Source: Octopus bimaculoides (taxonomy: Eukaryota). From it: a stretch of 64,000 nucleotides of DNA. The stretch covers positions 156,455,284-156,519,283 of the forward strand of contig NC_068981.1 of the NCBI RefSeq assembly GCF_001194135.2. The letters are read 5' to 3'. The position numbers and the translations under genes were made by a program. The notes beneath the pieces are model-generated. The model was not told the origin of the DNA. It saw nothing but the letters and a program-made list of their open reading frames with translations, and made no database searches. Shown here in pieces: positions 39,905 through 52,400 of the stretch (position 1 is its first letter; each line of letters opens with the position of its first letter).

Positions 39905-42900
39905 CTAAAAATACAAGTTCATAACAACAAAATTATTACTGTGTTGAAAGTATTCACTATTTGCACTTGTGTTTCAGATACTAAGTCAGACATTTTAGAT
40001 AAATAAAACAATTTAATTCTAGGCAATTGTTTCTTGTCACAATAATTAATTCAAGTAAACTTGGAAACAGGAACCTGGTGTAGCCATATGGTTTCACCAG
40101 TCCTCAGTCAAATCGTCCAACCCATGCTAGCATGGAAAGCAGATGTTAAACGACGACGATGATGATGATGATGACATTGGTATGATAGTACATCACCAGA
40201 TAGAGTGAACATACTGAAAAAACTACATTCCTAAATTTTATCACTGAATCTCTAGACTCAAATTAAAAACAAAAACTCATTCTGTTTAGTCATCTCACTA
40301 AATAGATTACAATTTTTTTGCAGATTCCAGATGTAGTTACAGAAACATCAACTAAATGAAAATACTGAATTTTATATCACAATTCTATGCAAACTTGCCA
40401 GATACTGTAATTTTGGGCCATAATTGTTGATGTATATTGAGAGGAAAGCGTTAGAGATCCATTTAAGTCCAAAACCTCCTTTGACTATATTTGATAAAAG
40501 CCACTTTTAAACTTGGAACAAGCAATCACTCAAGCTCAATTTCTGGAATCTGCCCTAGAAATGCAGAAACTTTTCAGTCTTCTCACCTTCTCAGTACCAT
40601 ATCTGAAACTGGAAATTTGCCACACCTGCAAAATGGGTGGACATTTTTCATGAGTGTGTTGGCCAAAAAGAGTCATGACATTAGCATCAACAACCCTATT
40701 ACAACAAGCACATGTTAATAAATTACCCTTATAAAAAGTTACCATCAGCATATGTATGGCTATTCAATGCATTAATATTTTACTTCCTTCAGATAGTGTT
40801 GTCAACTTCATAGAGGAGGATACTTGCCAGAATCCCTAATTCACAACATCCTGGAAACTCAAAGCAAGCTGATTGTTCATCAATCCATATTTAAAACCTC
40901 TTTTTGTAGCTTTTGAATTCAAAAAGAATGTATTTAAATGCTTTGCCTGACTTGTGTTCCCCTATAATCCAAGGACATGACTTTATAAAACAATACAACT
41001 TTCTAACATTAAAAAAAATATAAAAAAACATGTTTCTATGTTGGTGACCCCTTCTTGCTAATTTTGCTCAACTACATAATAATTTGAAACTGATTGCTAC
41101 TAATTTCTCCACTTATCAGATTTAATAATAAAGAGATTAAACGACTTCTTGATGTTAGTAATATCAAGCATTCAGTTTTTCCCTGGTAACTCGGAAAAAC
41201 AATGCCATGTTATCAACTATTTCCAAAGAGTAAATCCCTACTACTTTTAGCTGCTTTTCTACTTTCTAATATTAAAAATCGAGTGCATTCTATCTTTTAA
41301 TAAATTCTACAACAAACTAGATCTGAAAGCAGTATACTGTCAGATTCTATTCTACATTAAGAGATAAACATTAAGCTGATGTACTTTTATTCTACATTGC
41401 AAGGTTAGCCTTTGGTGTGACTAATGCTGTGTAAATGCTTTTCAAAGTGTGATGGATAGTATACTTCTCAACAATGACATCAAAGGCATTCACATCTCTT
41501 TCAACAAAGCTATTATTGTTGATATAACTATTGAAGAACACAATGGTAACTGGACTATTTCAATTAATAAGAGACTCGAAATTTTATTGAACAATGATAT
41601 ATGATTTTTCTATCAACTATTCATTTATTAGCTAGGACATAAAATATATCTTTCAGTCATTGTACTACAGCCATGCAATCTGACTAGAAAGACTGGGACC
41701 TTTTGTTAATCAGCCAATGTCTAGCAAAGCGAAACAAATACATGTTTAGATACTATTCTAAATGAGTACCTTGATTCTTGAAACTAATTCAACCTCTAAA
41801 ACACTACTTTTGATGCTAGTCATCCGTTTAAATCATTATCATCATATCATCACCACCATTTAATGTCTTTTTTCAATACTGGCATGGATTGGATGGTTTG
41901 ACAGGAGCTAGCAAACTGGAAAGTTTTAGCATGGTTTCTATGGCTGGATGCCCTTCCCAATGCCAACCACTTTACAGAGTGTACTTGGTGCTTTTTAGAT
42001 GGCACCAAACTCTTATCCATCTTACTTGCAATGCCACTACATGTTCACATTCATGCAGCTAGAACAGCAATCTTGAGAGTCCTTTCGCAAGACAATTTCT
42101 TGTTCTGAGTAAGACTTCTCACCAATTGAAAAGAAGGTTCATAGAAAGTTTTAGAAAATGGCAAACTATTTTTACTCAGAGGCTATTTTATATTATAAAC
42201 TCATCAATCAGTGATCTCATTCATATTTAATCACATAGAGAAAATAATAACTTCAGTTTCCTCATAGCTCAACAAGGATCTGATAAGCACTAGAAAGACT
42301 GAATCTTTAAAGTACTGATAAATTATGAAATTGTTACTGCTATTTCCAGTCTAAGTGATTTATGTTATACTTTGAAGGTTGGCAGCCAATCATTTGAAAT
42401 AAAAATGAGCATGTTCACACTTGTTCTTCAAATGTTTTAGCCAAATGAAATAGTTTGATTCTTGGCAACTGTTTCTTGTCACAACAGTAGTTCAATCTAA
42501 GAGCTATTAAACAAGTGAAAAAAGGTAATAGCTGAGAGAACATAATAGTAACAAATTCTATATAAATACATAAACTGCATGAATAATGAATGAAGAGATG
42601 AAAAGTAGTCACTAACTTCACAGCTTCCCACTGTCATTAACAATAGCTTCTACCAAACATGTACATTTTCCCCCCACCGTTTCCTCAAATAGTACCTTTT
42701 TTTTTTTTTGTTACAATACATGCTAGGACTTGCATTATTCTGTGGCTACTGTAGGGTTTGCATGGATTGGACAGTATTTACTGAGGTAGGTTTTCTACAG
42801 CTGGATGCCAACTCTTACTTGTTTCCAACCAAGACAATATTTCCTTACTGTTAGATATGTTTTCACAGAATATTGGACATATTTACACTACACAATATTA

Positions 42901-43791
42901 AGATAAAGATACAAAATATGCTTCTTTCAGTTTCTTTCTGGCAAATCCGCTCACAAAGCATTGGTTGGCCTAGGGCTATAGTAGAACCAACTTGTTTAAG
43001 GTACCTCACAGTGGAACTGAACCTAACTTCTTGACCGCACCCAGATCTGTGCTTACATGACAGAATGGATTAGTGGTTAAGTGTTTGAGAGAGTACATCT
43101 CCTTAGATCAATGGCATCTCAAACCACATGCACATGAATATCTGAACAATAACTCTATTCTTTCATGAAAATCTTCCGTTTGATCCATTCCTTTCAATGC
43201 TTTCTCTCTAACTCTCTCACAAAATTATAAGACTACAAAAACCAATGTCTGAGTGTCTATGCAGTTGCTCAACTGACTAAAAATTGCAGCAACATTTCCT
43301 TCAAATTACACTTTAAAAGAAGGAGGAAACATTGGATAGAGTAGCACTGCCTCAGAAGGACAAAGATTGGATGGTCACAGCTTAAATACTTTTGATCAGC
43401 TGGATCAGGATGGACCTGAGGCTAAACATCAAATGATCTTCAGAATTTGCTGGCTATTCATTCAAACCTAGAATTTGAATCTATTTCTCATTGATAGTTC
43501 TTTATTTAATTTTAAGTATCACAATTATGGCTATGCTAGCGAACTGCCATCTAGCTGAGTTAATCTCTCTAACTCCCAACCAAGCATTACAGCAAGACTG
43601 TCCTGTATTAACTGGTAGACTTATTTCATTGGCCAATGTAACATCACTACCTGGAATCATGGGTGCAATTAGCAGAGAATGCTCTGTTGCAAGCATTCAG
43701 GCCTGGCCACTAGTCTGAAGATATCTTCTCCCTCCTACTAGTCTTGGAGAATCTGATAAGAGCCATAACAGCGACATTCTTCCTGACTATA

Positions 43792-43947
43792 TGAGGGGTG
43801 CTGACAAGTTCCTGACTTTAAGGGTATCACAAACGGCCTGCATAAATGTGTGAATCTGAGAGGGGATTATTTTGAGTAAAATCATAATTAACTCATCCTC
43901 CTGTATTTTCTTTTACCCAAAGCCAAAAACTTTTCAGCACACCCTCG
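43792..43947 (+). mobile_element. 156-bp mariner deletion derivative (MITE)
   Basis: TA-flanked TIRs tgaggggtgctgacaagttcctgacttt / aaagccaaaaacttttcagcacaccctcg; retains the transposase end KCVNLRGDYFE*. Confidence 0.85.
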
Positions 43948-44599
43948 TATGATAAAACAAAAACTTCCCTTTCCTCTTTATTACTTTTTTAAAATCCAAA
44001 ACAGATTTTCTAACACATTATTTAACGGGGAAAAAAAAAAGAGAAAATTGGAGATCTTGTCGCTTATTACACACAAATATTATTATTGTGAAGGCGCGTG
44101 GCTTAGTGGTTAAGGTGTTTGCACTCACGATTGCAAGATCATCGTTTCGATACCTAAATAGACGGTGCGTTGAATTCTTGAACAAAATACTTCACGTTGC
44201 TCCAGGCCACTCAGCTGTAAATGAGTAAACTTGCGACGGACAAGCGTTCCATTCGAGAATATTGGCCTGCCCACTTAGTCAGAGGGGTGGCATCATTTGA
44301 AAGCTACAGCAATGCGTGTAAGCACATTGTGACTATCGGTGTATAACAGCATACGATGCAGTGATATATTATTAAATCTGAGCATTCATCGTCATCCAGT
44401 TACATGTAACTATCAAAAGCCGTTGACAGATAGCAAGATTTTGCGTTTATAGCCTGCAAGGTGCTATTTTGCAGCAGATGCATATATTTACAGCTGAGTC
44501 AACTGGAGCATCGTGAAATGAAGTACCTTGCCCAAGAACACAACACGCCGATGGAACCGGGAATCGAACATACGAACCGAATGCAACTGTCGGTACTAC

Positions 44600-44784
44600 T
44601 AAAGCAGCGCGGACCCGAACGCGCAGTCGCGCGTCCGCGCTAGCTAGTCGTGAGTGGTCGATCCTAACCCTAACCCTAAACACGTATTCATTTGCACACG
44701 CGGGTTAGGGTTAGGATTAGGATCGACCACTCAAGACTAGCTAGCGCGGACGCGCGACTGCGCGTTCGGGTCCGCGCTGCTTTA
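44600..44784. mobile_element. Palindromic MITE-like element with telomeric repeats flanking the loop
   Basis: 80-bp arms 44600-44679 and 44705-44784 with 2 mismatches, 25-nt loop, TA at both ends; (CCCTAA) units in the left arm and (TTAGGG) units in the right arm. Confidence 0.85.
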
Positions 44785-46028
44785 ATCATTAGGCTACGTA
44801 CGTTCACTTTAATAGTATGGATTTATTTAAAATTAATTTTTAGAAAAATGTTTAAAGAAAAAAAAAATCAGCTTTCGTTTTCTTTCTCTCCACAATCTGC
44901 GTCTTGCATGTTTTCTTTTTCCTTCACACATAACCAGATGTCAGCGTCTTTTATTTAATAACGAAACAAATAGAAGGGGTAATTTTTGTACATTTAGGTC
45001 AAACAAAACCACTTTTACATTTTCGTTTATAATATACGAAAAATACAATAAAGAACCACATATTAATTAAAGAATGACTACAAAGACTATGTTGTTGGTC
45101 CGCTAGAAATAGCAGCGAAATCTCAAATTATGGTTAACATGCACTTTAATTTCTTTTTACGACGTGAAGTTGCATGTTAATCCAAATTGTAGTCTAAAAA
45201 CCGATAGAGGGTCAAACTAAAGGGCTTGACCCGGTGGTAAATAATAGGTGTAAAACAACTTCCTGAGAACGAATATGAAGGAAAAAACACACGGGGGAGT
45301 AGGGAGAGGCCTCGGAACATTCGCATCCTGAATGTTCCGAGACATCTCATCGGAGCCAAGAAACAAAAGAAAAATAGTGTAATAGATGTACAACGACATG
45401 CTCTGAACGAATATAAAAAAAAAAATGCGCTCCTGCGAAAGGCGGGGTGAGGAGGACTCGGAACATTCACATCGTCGCATATATTAGACAACGTAGATCT
45501 TGATGTGCAGGAAGACGAGACAGTCGTGGTTAGAAAACCTTTGATAATATATGTTCGATTAAGGCTGATAGAGACTATTCCGAAATGGCTTTTCAAAAGA
45601 AAATAATTGCCCTCGCTTTATGTGTAGGAAAACTCAAGGCGTATGAAGTGAGCGAGCCGGTATCTAAGCAATATCAAATCTCAAAGAGAAACAGAATTAG
45701 TGGCGGGTGAATTGTTTTTTGTTTTTATGGGTCTTAGAACGAAGGCCTGCAGAAAAAAAGACAGATTTCCAATAATATAGCATAGGCGAATGCGAAAATA
45801 TCAACTTCATTAACGCAAATAATGAAGTCGATGGCTTAACGTAAAATTCAGGGAAGGAATAAATTCAATCCATGAACTGTAAAACAATATATCTCCTCAC
45901 AGAATATTAAAAAAAAAATTGGGTTTATGTAGGAAAAATATACATTAGGAATAAAATGTGAAATCGTATAAAATTAATGAAGTTTTTCTTTTCATGCATG
46001 TTTCATCTTGTCTTTTCAATCAAAACAT

Positions 46029-46351
<323 letters not shown>

Positions 46352-46396
46352 TCAACTTCAGTCGACAACGATAATTCCTTCTCTCCGTCCAACTGA

Positions 46397-46413
46397 AAAA
46401 TGGCGTTCACGTG
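46397..46413. promoter_or_regulatory. YY1-like AAAATGGCG and E-box CACGTG upstream of RUVBL1
   Basis: AAAATGGCG at 46397-46405 and CACGTG at 46408-46413, 67-83 nt upstream of the ATG in a locally CpG-rich patch; function inferred only. Confidence 0.45.
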
Positions 46414-46820
46414 TGCCGTAAACCGGGTTATGACATTGTCGTTCAACACAACTATCGTGAACAATTTTTTTTGTTATTCTTGTCGAAGAATTATGAATTG
46501 ACGTAATATTACATAAAAAGAAAAAAATTAAATTAAATTAAGAAAACAACGGAATTGCTAAAATATTATGAATGTGGGATAATCATTTTTTTTTAAATAA
46601 CGGAAATGTACGGCATAGTTATAATTTCTAAAAACAAAAAGAAACATATACTGTAGGGTGGAAAAACCTTTGAATAAACATTGAATTATTTTACAAATAA
46701 TTCCCTGTGTATATAATATTAAACTTAAACATAGATATCTAAAAACTATTTACTTTTTTTTTTATTAAATATTATATATATAGAAAACCATGTTGCTTTT
46801 AAATTAACGACAGTCAAACA

Positions 46821-46849
46821 GTTTCTTAGTAACACATTGTTATGGCAAC
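46821..46849. promoter_or_regulatory. Two adjacent RFX X-box-like motifs
   Basis: GTTTCTTAGTAAC (46821-46833) and ATTGTTATGGCAAC (46836-46849), compared with the consensus GTTNCCATGGNAAC. Confidence 0.5.
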
Positions 46850-47429
46850 AGTAACTATGAATGTAATGTAATTAATCCTTTATAGTCAATGTTTCCAAAG
46901 ACTAGTTTCCCCAAGAGACAAATATACAGTGCACCTCAACAAAAAGTAGTGTTACTTTCTGTAATTACACTAATAATGTTTTGTTTGTGAGGAGACAAAA
47001 TATCAATTTGTACAGATCGTTATTGCTGTGCATAAATAACCAAACTGATAGGTTTGTTTTTATTGATTGATATAATTATCGATGTATTGATGTATTTTGC
47101 AAGGCAATTCTCATGTATAAGTGATTTTATTGATTTAGTTATCGATATATTGATATTATTGATTTGGCTATTGATATATCGATATTATCGAAATTGTTAT
47201 CAGCGTTTCAATATTGATATATCAATATGTGTCGGAGTTGGACTTGTTTGGCAAGTGACTTGGTCTGAGAACGTGTGTTAAAACTGAATAATTACATTAT
47301 GGAAGGCTCATTTTAACCACTTAAGAACACACACAAAGTATTATATTCTCTCTCTCTCTCTTATTATTATTATTTCTATAAAGTACGGCCTTTTATGAAG
47401 TGTTAAAATGTTTTGTACTAGTCATTGAC

Positions 47430-47590
47430 CACTAGCATAGCTAGAGGGAGGCGGTCCACTCCAGGCGGCGCTTTTATAGAGGCGGCACCACTTTTGGGCC
47501 TGCTGTAGGCAATATGTATTTTTTGTGGGGGCCCAGGGGTGGCAAACTGAAGGGACGCCCCTGGCAGCACACACTCTAGATACGCTCATG
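47430..47590. mobile_element. GC-rich MITE-like insertion
   Basis: Degenerate TIRs cactagcatagctagaggg / cactctagatacgctcatg; family uncertain. Confidence 0.45.
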
Positions 47591-49742
47591 ATCACGGACA
47601 CATTTCCACATGCAGTTAAACTGTATTCGTGACCAGGTCGCAGAAGTGCGACGAAACTTGTTGACGTTTCATAATAGACAGTACTGTTAAGAAATTAAAC
47701 GTCAAATGAATGTAAAAATTTCTGTGCATTCTTAAATGACTAAAACAACTTCCCACTCCTGATAAAATTGTTTCAGTTTGTATTTGTGTTAATATTTATT
47801 GATTTCCATGTTACAAACTAGTATTAGATAGGGATATCCTATGTGGCCGTTCTTTTTTTCTTTTTTTTATTTTTCTAGAAATAGTAGCCAAATTTCCTTC
47901 AGATCATAACCCATCGTCTTAAAAAATAAATGACTTGTTGATTTCTTTTCAAGATTCCCTGTGTCTGAAAAAAAAAAAAAAAAGGGAGAAAAGAAAAAAT
48001 GTCAGACATTTTCAGAAGGATCCTAAGCTTACTGGATTAAACTCGACCTGAGCTTAACAACAACTGGTATTTATATTATGAGTCACGAAGATATTAAAGA
48101 AGTAACCATATCCAAAAACTATTTAACTCTAAATGTTAAAGAGTAAAATTAACTGACCTTTTATCTTTCATATACATCCTGGATGCATTACAGAAATAGG
48201 TTCACCTGAATATTTGACTGGCACTGTATTTCATTGTTCCTAAAAGAACGAAAAGCAAATTTGGCCTCAGTAGGATTCAAAATCAGAATACTGCCAAATA
48301 TTCTAACAATTATGCCAATCCAGAAGCATTTTATCCAATACATTACTATTTCTACTTATATATTCTTGTTTTTCAGTCCCCAGGTCAATTCTTATCATGC
48401 AGATCTGCATTCAAAAGTGTTTTCTGTCTTTCTTTTAAGGAGAGTTTAGTTTGAGAAAAAAATTGTTTGCTACTTTTAGCAGGTTGGCTGGCTACATAGT
48501 AATTCCCCAATATGTTAATTTCTACCATTATATTGTTACTGATATTGTTATTGATATGGAGATAGGCAGCAAAATAAATGCATTGCAGTTTTTAATTTCG
48601 TACCTCTAGATCTGGAGATTGAAGCTCACTTAGATCAACTTCATCCTTGAATCCATGGAATAAGTAAGTAATGATAATATTCTAAGATTAAATTAATCAA
48701 TGATATCTCAAGCTGAAAAAATAAAAAAGTTTAAAAAAATCTGGTGCCTCTTCATGGTTGATTGACATGCAAGAAATAGCAGCTAAATCTTCCTCAAATC
48801 GTGCCTTGTTGTCTTCAGAACTGATACACTAGATTGTGTGGTCTGGAAAAAGGATGGGATCATCATAGCTGGAATGCGTTTGACCATAGGTCTGCTTGGT
48901 CAGGGCTGACCTTAGTCTAAACAGCAACAACACAAGTAAAAGAAAAAAAATAGAAAAAAAAAACCTTTTGCATATTAACAGAAGTCAATATATTGATAAG
49001 TTTGTTAATATTGTTACAAATATTTTGATGAGTAATGTGTAACCAAAGATAAGTCCTCAGCAAAACTGAACCTGCAATGTTGATTCAGTTTCTTGTTGAA
49101 GCCATTTTGTACTTTTTTTTTTCTTTTTGCATGGGTAGGATGTCTTTTAAAAGTGATTTAGCTACTATTTATGGGAAGTCAAATGATCAAGTACAAACTC
49201 TCTGGATTTTCCATTCATATTGCATATGACTAAGATGCTCATGATCAGAGTTCTGATACATCACCAGTTATTAAAAAAGCAGGTTTATTGTGTTTGAATC
49301 CTTTAAAGGTACATTGAAATTATTAATATTAACAATCCAGAACTTTCCAGCCTTAGTATCCAGAAATTTCCAGCCTTTCATTCCTTCTCTTACATTCAAA
49401 GCTAAAAGAATTATTGTGAAACTACAGGAACTAAAATATATAATAATGGAAATTTGGTATCTTATAATACTTTGACTGTGGCTTGGACAGTGTGAGAAAA
49501 ACAGCATGTCCAAAACATTTTACTGTGACTTGTAAAGAGAAATAACAATATTCTTTGGTTGAAGCTTCAGCATTTGTTCATTCCCAATTTATTAACTTGC
49601 AAATCTCTGCTATGAAACTATCCAGTGTTTCACATCCTAAATTTTAGGATAGCATGCCCAAAATAAAGATGTGGTGCTCACAGTTGGGCATTCTTTTCAT
49701 GCATCTTTCAGTCTGTGTTATCAGAGGTCTGATCAAATAGAA

Positions 49743-50069
49743 CAAGGGTTCTCAACCATTTTTTATCTATGGACCCCCTTTGATTGCTATTTTATTCTGG
49801 TGGACCCCTTTATCTATTTGATGTTTTAAAACTATTTTTATAAAATGTTATTTATTAATGTTTTCAGACATTAATTTGTGCAGGTTGAACTATGTAAAAT
49901 GATAGAGAAAGAAATCTTGCTGTTTCTTGTAATACATATCAATACCTATATCTAAAGCAAAATTTCTTCAGGTGCCCCTAAAATATTATTTACTATTTTG
50001 CTATGTGGACCCCCCAGAAATCTGATGTGAACTCTCAAGGGCCATATGGACCTCTATTGAGAATGCCTG
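49743..50069. mobile_element. hAT MITE
   Basis: TIRs caagggttctcaac / attgagaatgcctg; perfect 8-bp TSD aaatagaa on both sides. Confidence 0.88.
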
Positions 50070-51368
50070 AAATAGAACATCATGAGAACATATTATTGCT
50101 GTTATCATTGTGATTATAACTTCTATATAACAATAGCTGATATAAATGTTGGTTGGTTGCTTCTTGATTTCTCCAGTCTGCTTTACATCATATACAGAGA
50201 AGGGCAGTGTGAGAGTAAAAGAGAGATACTGACAGAGTTAACATAAAAGGTATAGGAGAAGCACACATATGAGGTATGATAGGTGGCAAAGAGTGAAAGA
50301 ATGACACACACAGTGAGAGAGAAATAATCATAAAGACAGAGGAAGGTGAGGGAATAAATGAAAGAGTGGTTATGGGAGGAGTTATGCAAATGAGAAATTT
50401 GTTCTATTTGAATATATTTTAAAGTTATAATTTTTACCCCGTGAGTGTAAGTGAAAGCAGGGTATTATAATCACTTGTCTTTGTTTGTCTGTATATTTTT
50501 TTTTAAATTACTGGAAAATGGTTGAATGGATTTTCACCACATTTGGCAGAAATACTCACTGGGTGAACAGCCTGAAATGATGAATATTTGGTTTCCTTAT
50601 CTTAGAAGGAAAAGATTAAAAAGAAAACAAGCTTACAAATTTCTCGATAAGCAAGTGGTCATATTATTTTGTTCACTTTCTTTTTCATATGAATTGACCC
50701 TCGTCTGTGTGTGTATAGAACATGGTGTACCTATGCACATAGACACATGTGCATACATACATACATACATAGATATGCGACTGTATGTATGTGTGTGTGT
50801 GTGTGTGTGTATACATAGATGGATTTGAGGGTTTTGTTTATTAACGAGTTGATTTCTTAATTCCACCAGAGTATAAATACCTATAATGGTGATACTTAAA
50901 AAGATAAATAAATAATTAATTCAGTTCAATTAAAAAGCATGGGTAAGCAATGCATTGGAAGCCACACTATAATTTGCGGAAAAATGTATTTATATGTAAG
51001 GTATGCACCCCTGTTCTGATGCCTATTTTTTCATGTTTTTAAAAATTAATATTCATTTCATCATTTTGATTAAGCAGCAAGAAACTTGATAAAATTTAAA
51101 TATAATCATTGTATGTATGTCATATTTCCTGATATTACCCCGAATGGCAAAAGTATACTTCTAAGGTTACTGCCATATAATGGGTAACATTCTAGTTATA
51201 ATAATCGTCAACATCATAATTGGATGTCTCTCTTTCCATGTTCACACTGGCTGGACAGTTAATTCAACAATAATTAGCACAGCAAATGTCATTCTTTAAT
51301 TGCAGACAACACTGGATTTTTTCTAAAACTTTTTTGCAAGACTGGATTTGCCAAAAGCATTTTGAAAG

Positions 51369-51572
51369 ATGGAGAAAGACAAAACTGAGGCGGTAGACAA
51401 GGATGAAGATCCACCACCAGACAGTCCATTGATATCCACATTTGTAACAAACCCAGAGGAGCAGGAAGAGTCAGTGCTTGTTTCTGAAGTTAATCAAAGT
51501 GAAATATCAGATGAAGGAAAAGTGTCAGTTATAGAGATTAATGAAAATCCAGCCTTACTAATCCTTGACAGT
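51369..51572 (+). CDS. CCDC146: Coiled-coil domain-containing protein 146-like, first coding exon
   Basis: Acidic N-terminus MEKDKTEAVDKDEDPPP...IEINENPALLILDS, donor GTGAGA at 51573; resembles the recalled human segment DLSETPAFIFLHE. Acceptor tgcag at about 51301-51305 implies an upstream 5' UTR exon. Confidence 0.75.
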
Positions 51573-52317
51573 GTGAGAAATCTTCTGCTTTATTCCAAAT
51601 TTAACTATTATAGTGTCTAATTAGTTAAATGGGTGCTAAGGGAAATAACACAAGGAGAACAGTAACATGAATTTAGTGAATTGAGATATGGTGTAGTACT
51701 GAATGTGACATCTGTAACAAATTCTAGATGAAATAGAGTTTGCTCATTAGTTGGAGAAAGAAAATAAAAGCTTAGTGGTAATTGTCAGTGACTTCCATTT
51801 TGTAAGGGTCTCTTTTTTGACTTTGTGAAGCGCTGCTTCTCAAAATTGGTGCTGAGGCAGTTAATTGCATATCCAGGTGGCCTAATAATCATAGGTATAA
51901 ATTCAAAGCTCCATTCCAGGTGGAGCAACTACACTCCCATTTGTTCAGCATATACATCCCCCTTTTCACTAATTCTTAACATTTTACTTGCACCCGCTCA
52001 GCACATGTATGTGTGTGTGTGTGTATGCAAACACATACTGTTTAAACTAAAAGCAAGAACTCTTCTATACAACATAAATTGAAATACTTTTGATAGCTTT
52101 AGGCAAACAGTAATATGAAATACTAAAACAACCAGTTTTCTGCTTATTTTTGAAGTTTACAATTAACCAAGATTCTAAAGAGATTTTAACATAATGCTCT
52201 CTATATTTTGCTGAAATATTGGTGTTCTTATTGACTGATGCCTTCTGTATTGAAAAATAAATGTATTCTGTGAATTTCTACATAAATAATGTTCCTTTCA
52301 ATTGCATCATCTTTTAG

Positions 52318-52400
52318 CTTTGCAATTCTGGAAAAATTTCTTCAACAAAAGCAGCATACTTTAAAGAGAAGTATTTGAAAATGCAACAACTTCTAAGTCA
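52318..52400 (+). CDS. CCDC146: CCDC146-like coding exon 2
   Basis: LCNSGKISSTKAAYFKEKYLKMQQLLS(Q); 83 nt, ttttag/GTAAGT; compare human [26 protein letters not shown] (recalled). Confidence 0.8.

Noticed and set aside
44092-44170. tRNA gene
   Set aside because: The tRNA-like head lacks a complete cloverleaf and continues into a SINE body; the same applies at 16225 and 5213.
44663-44723. Telomere-telomere fusion scar or true interstitial telomere
   Set aside because: Only about 3 units per side, in CCCTAA...TTAGGG order (opposite to a fusion) and embedded in a TA-flanked inverted repeat.
45177-45596. 139-aa and 87-aa minus-strand ORFs in RUVBL1 intron 1
   Set aside because: Compositionally biased, no known motif; not needed for the complete 456-aa RUVBL1 reading frame.
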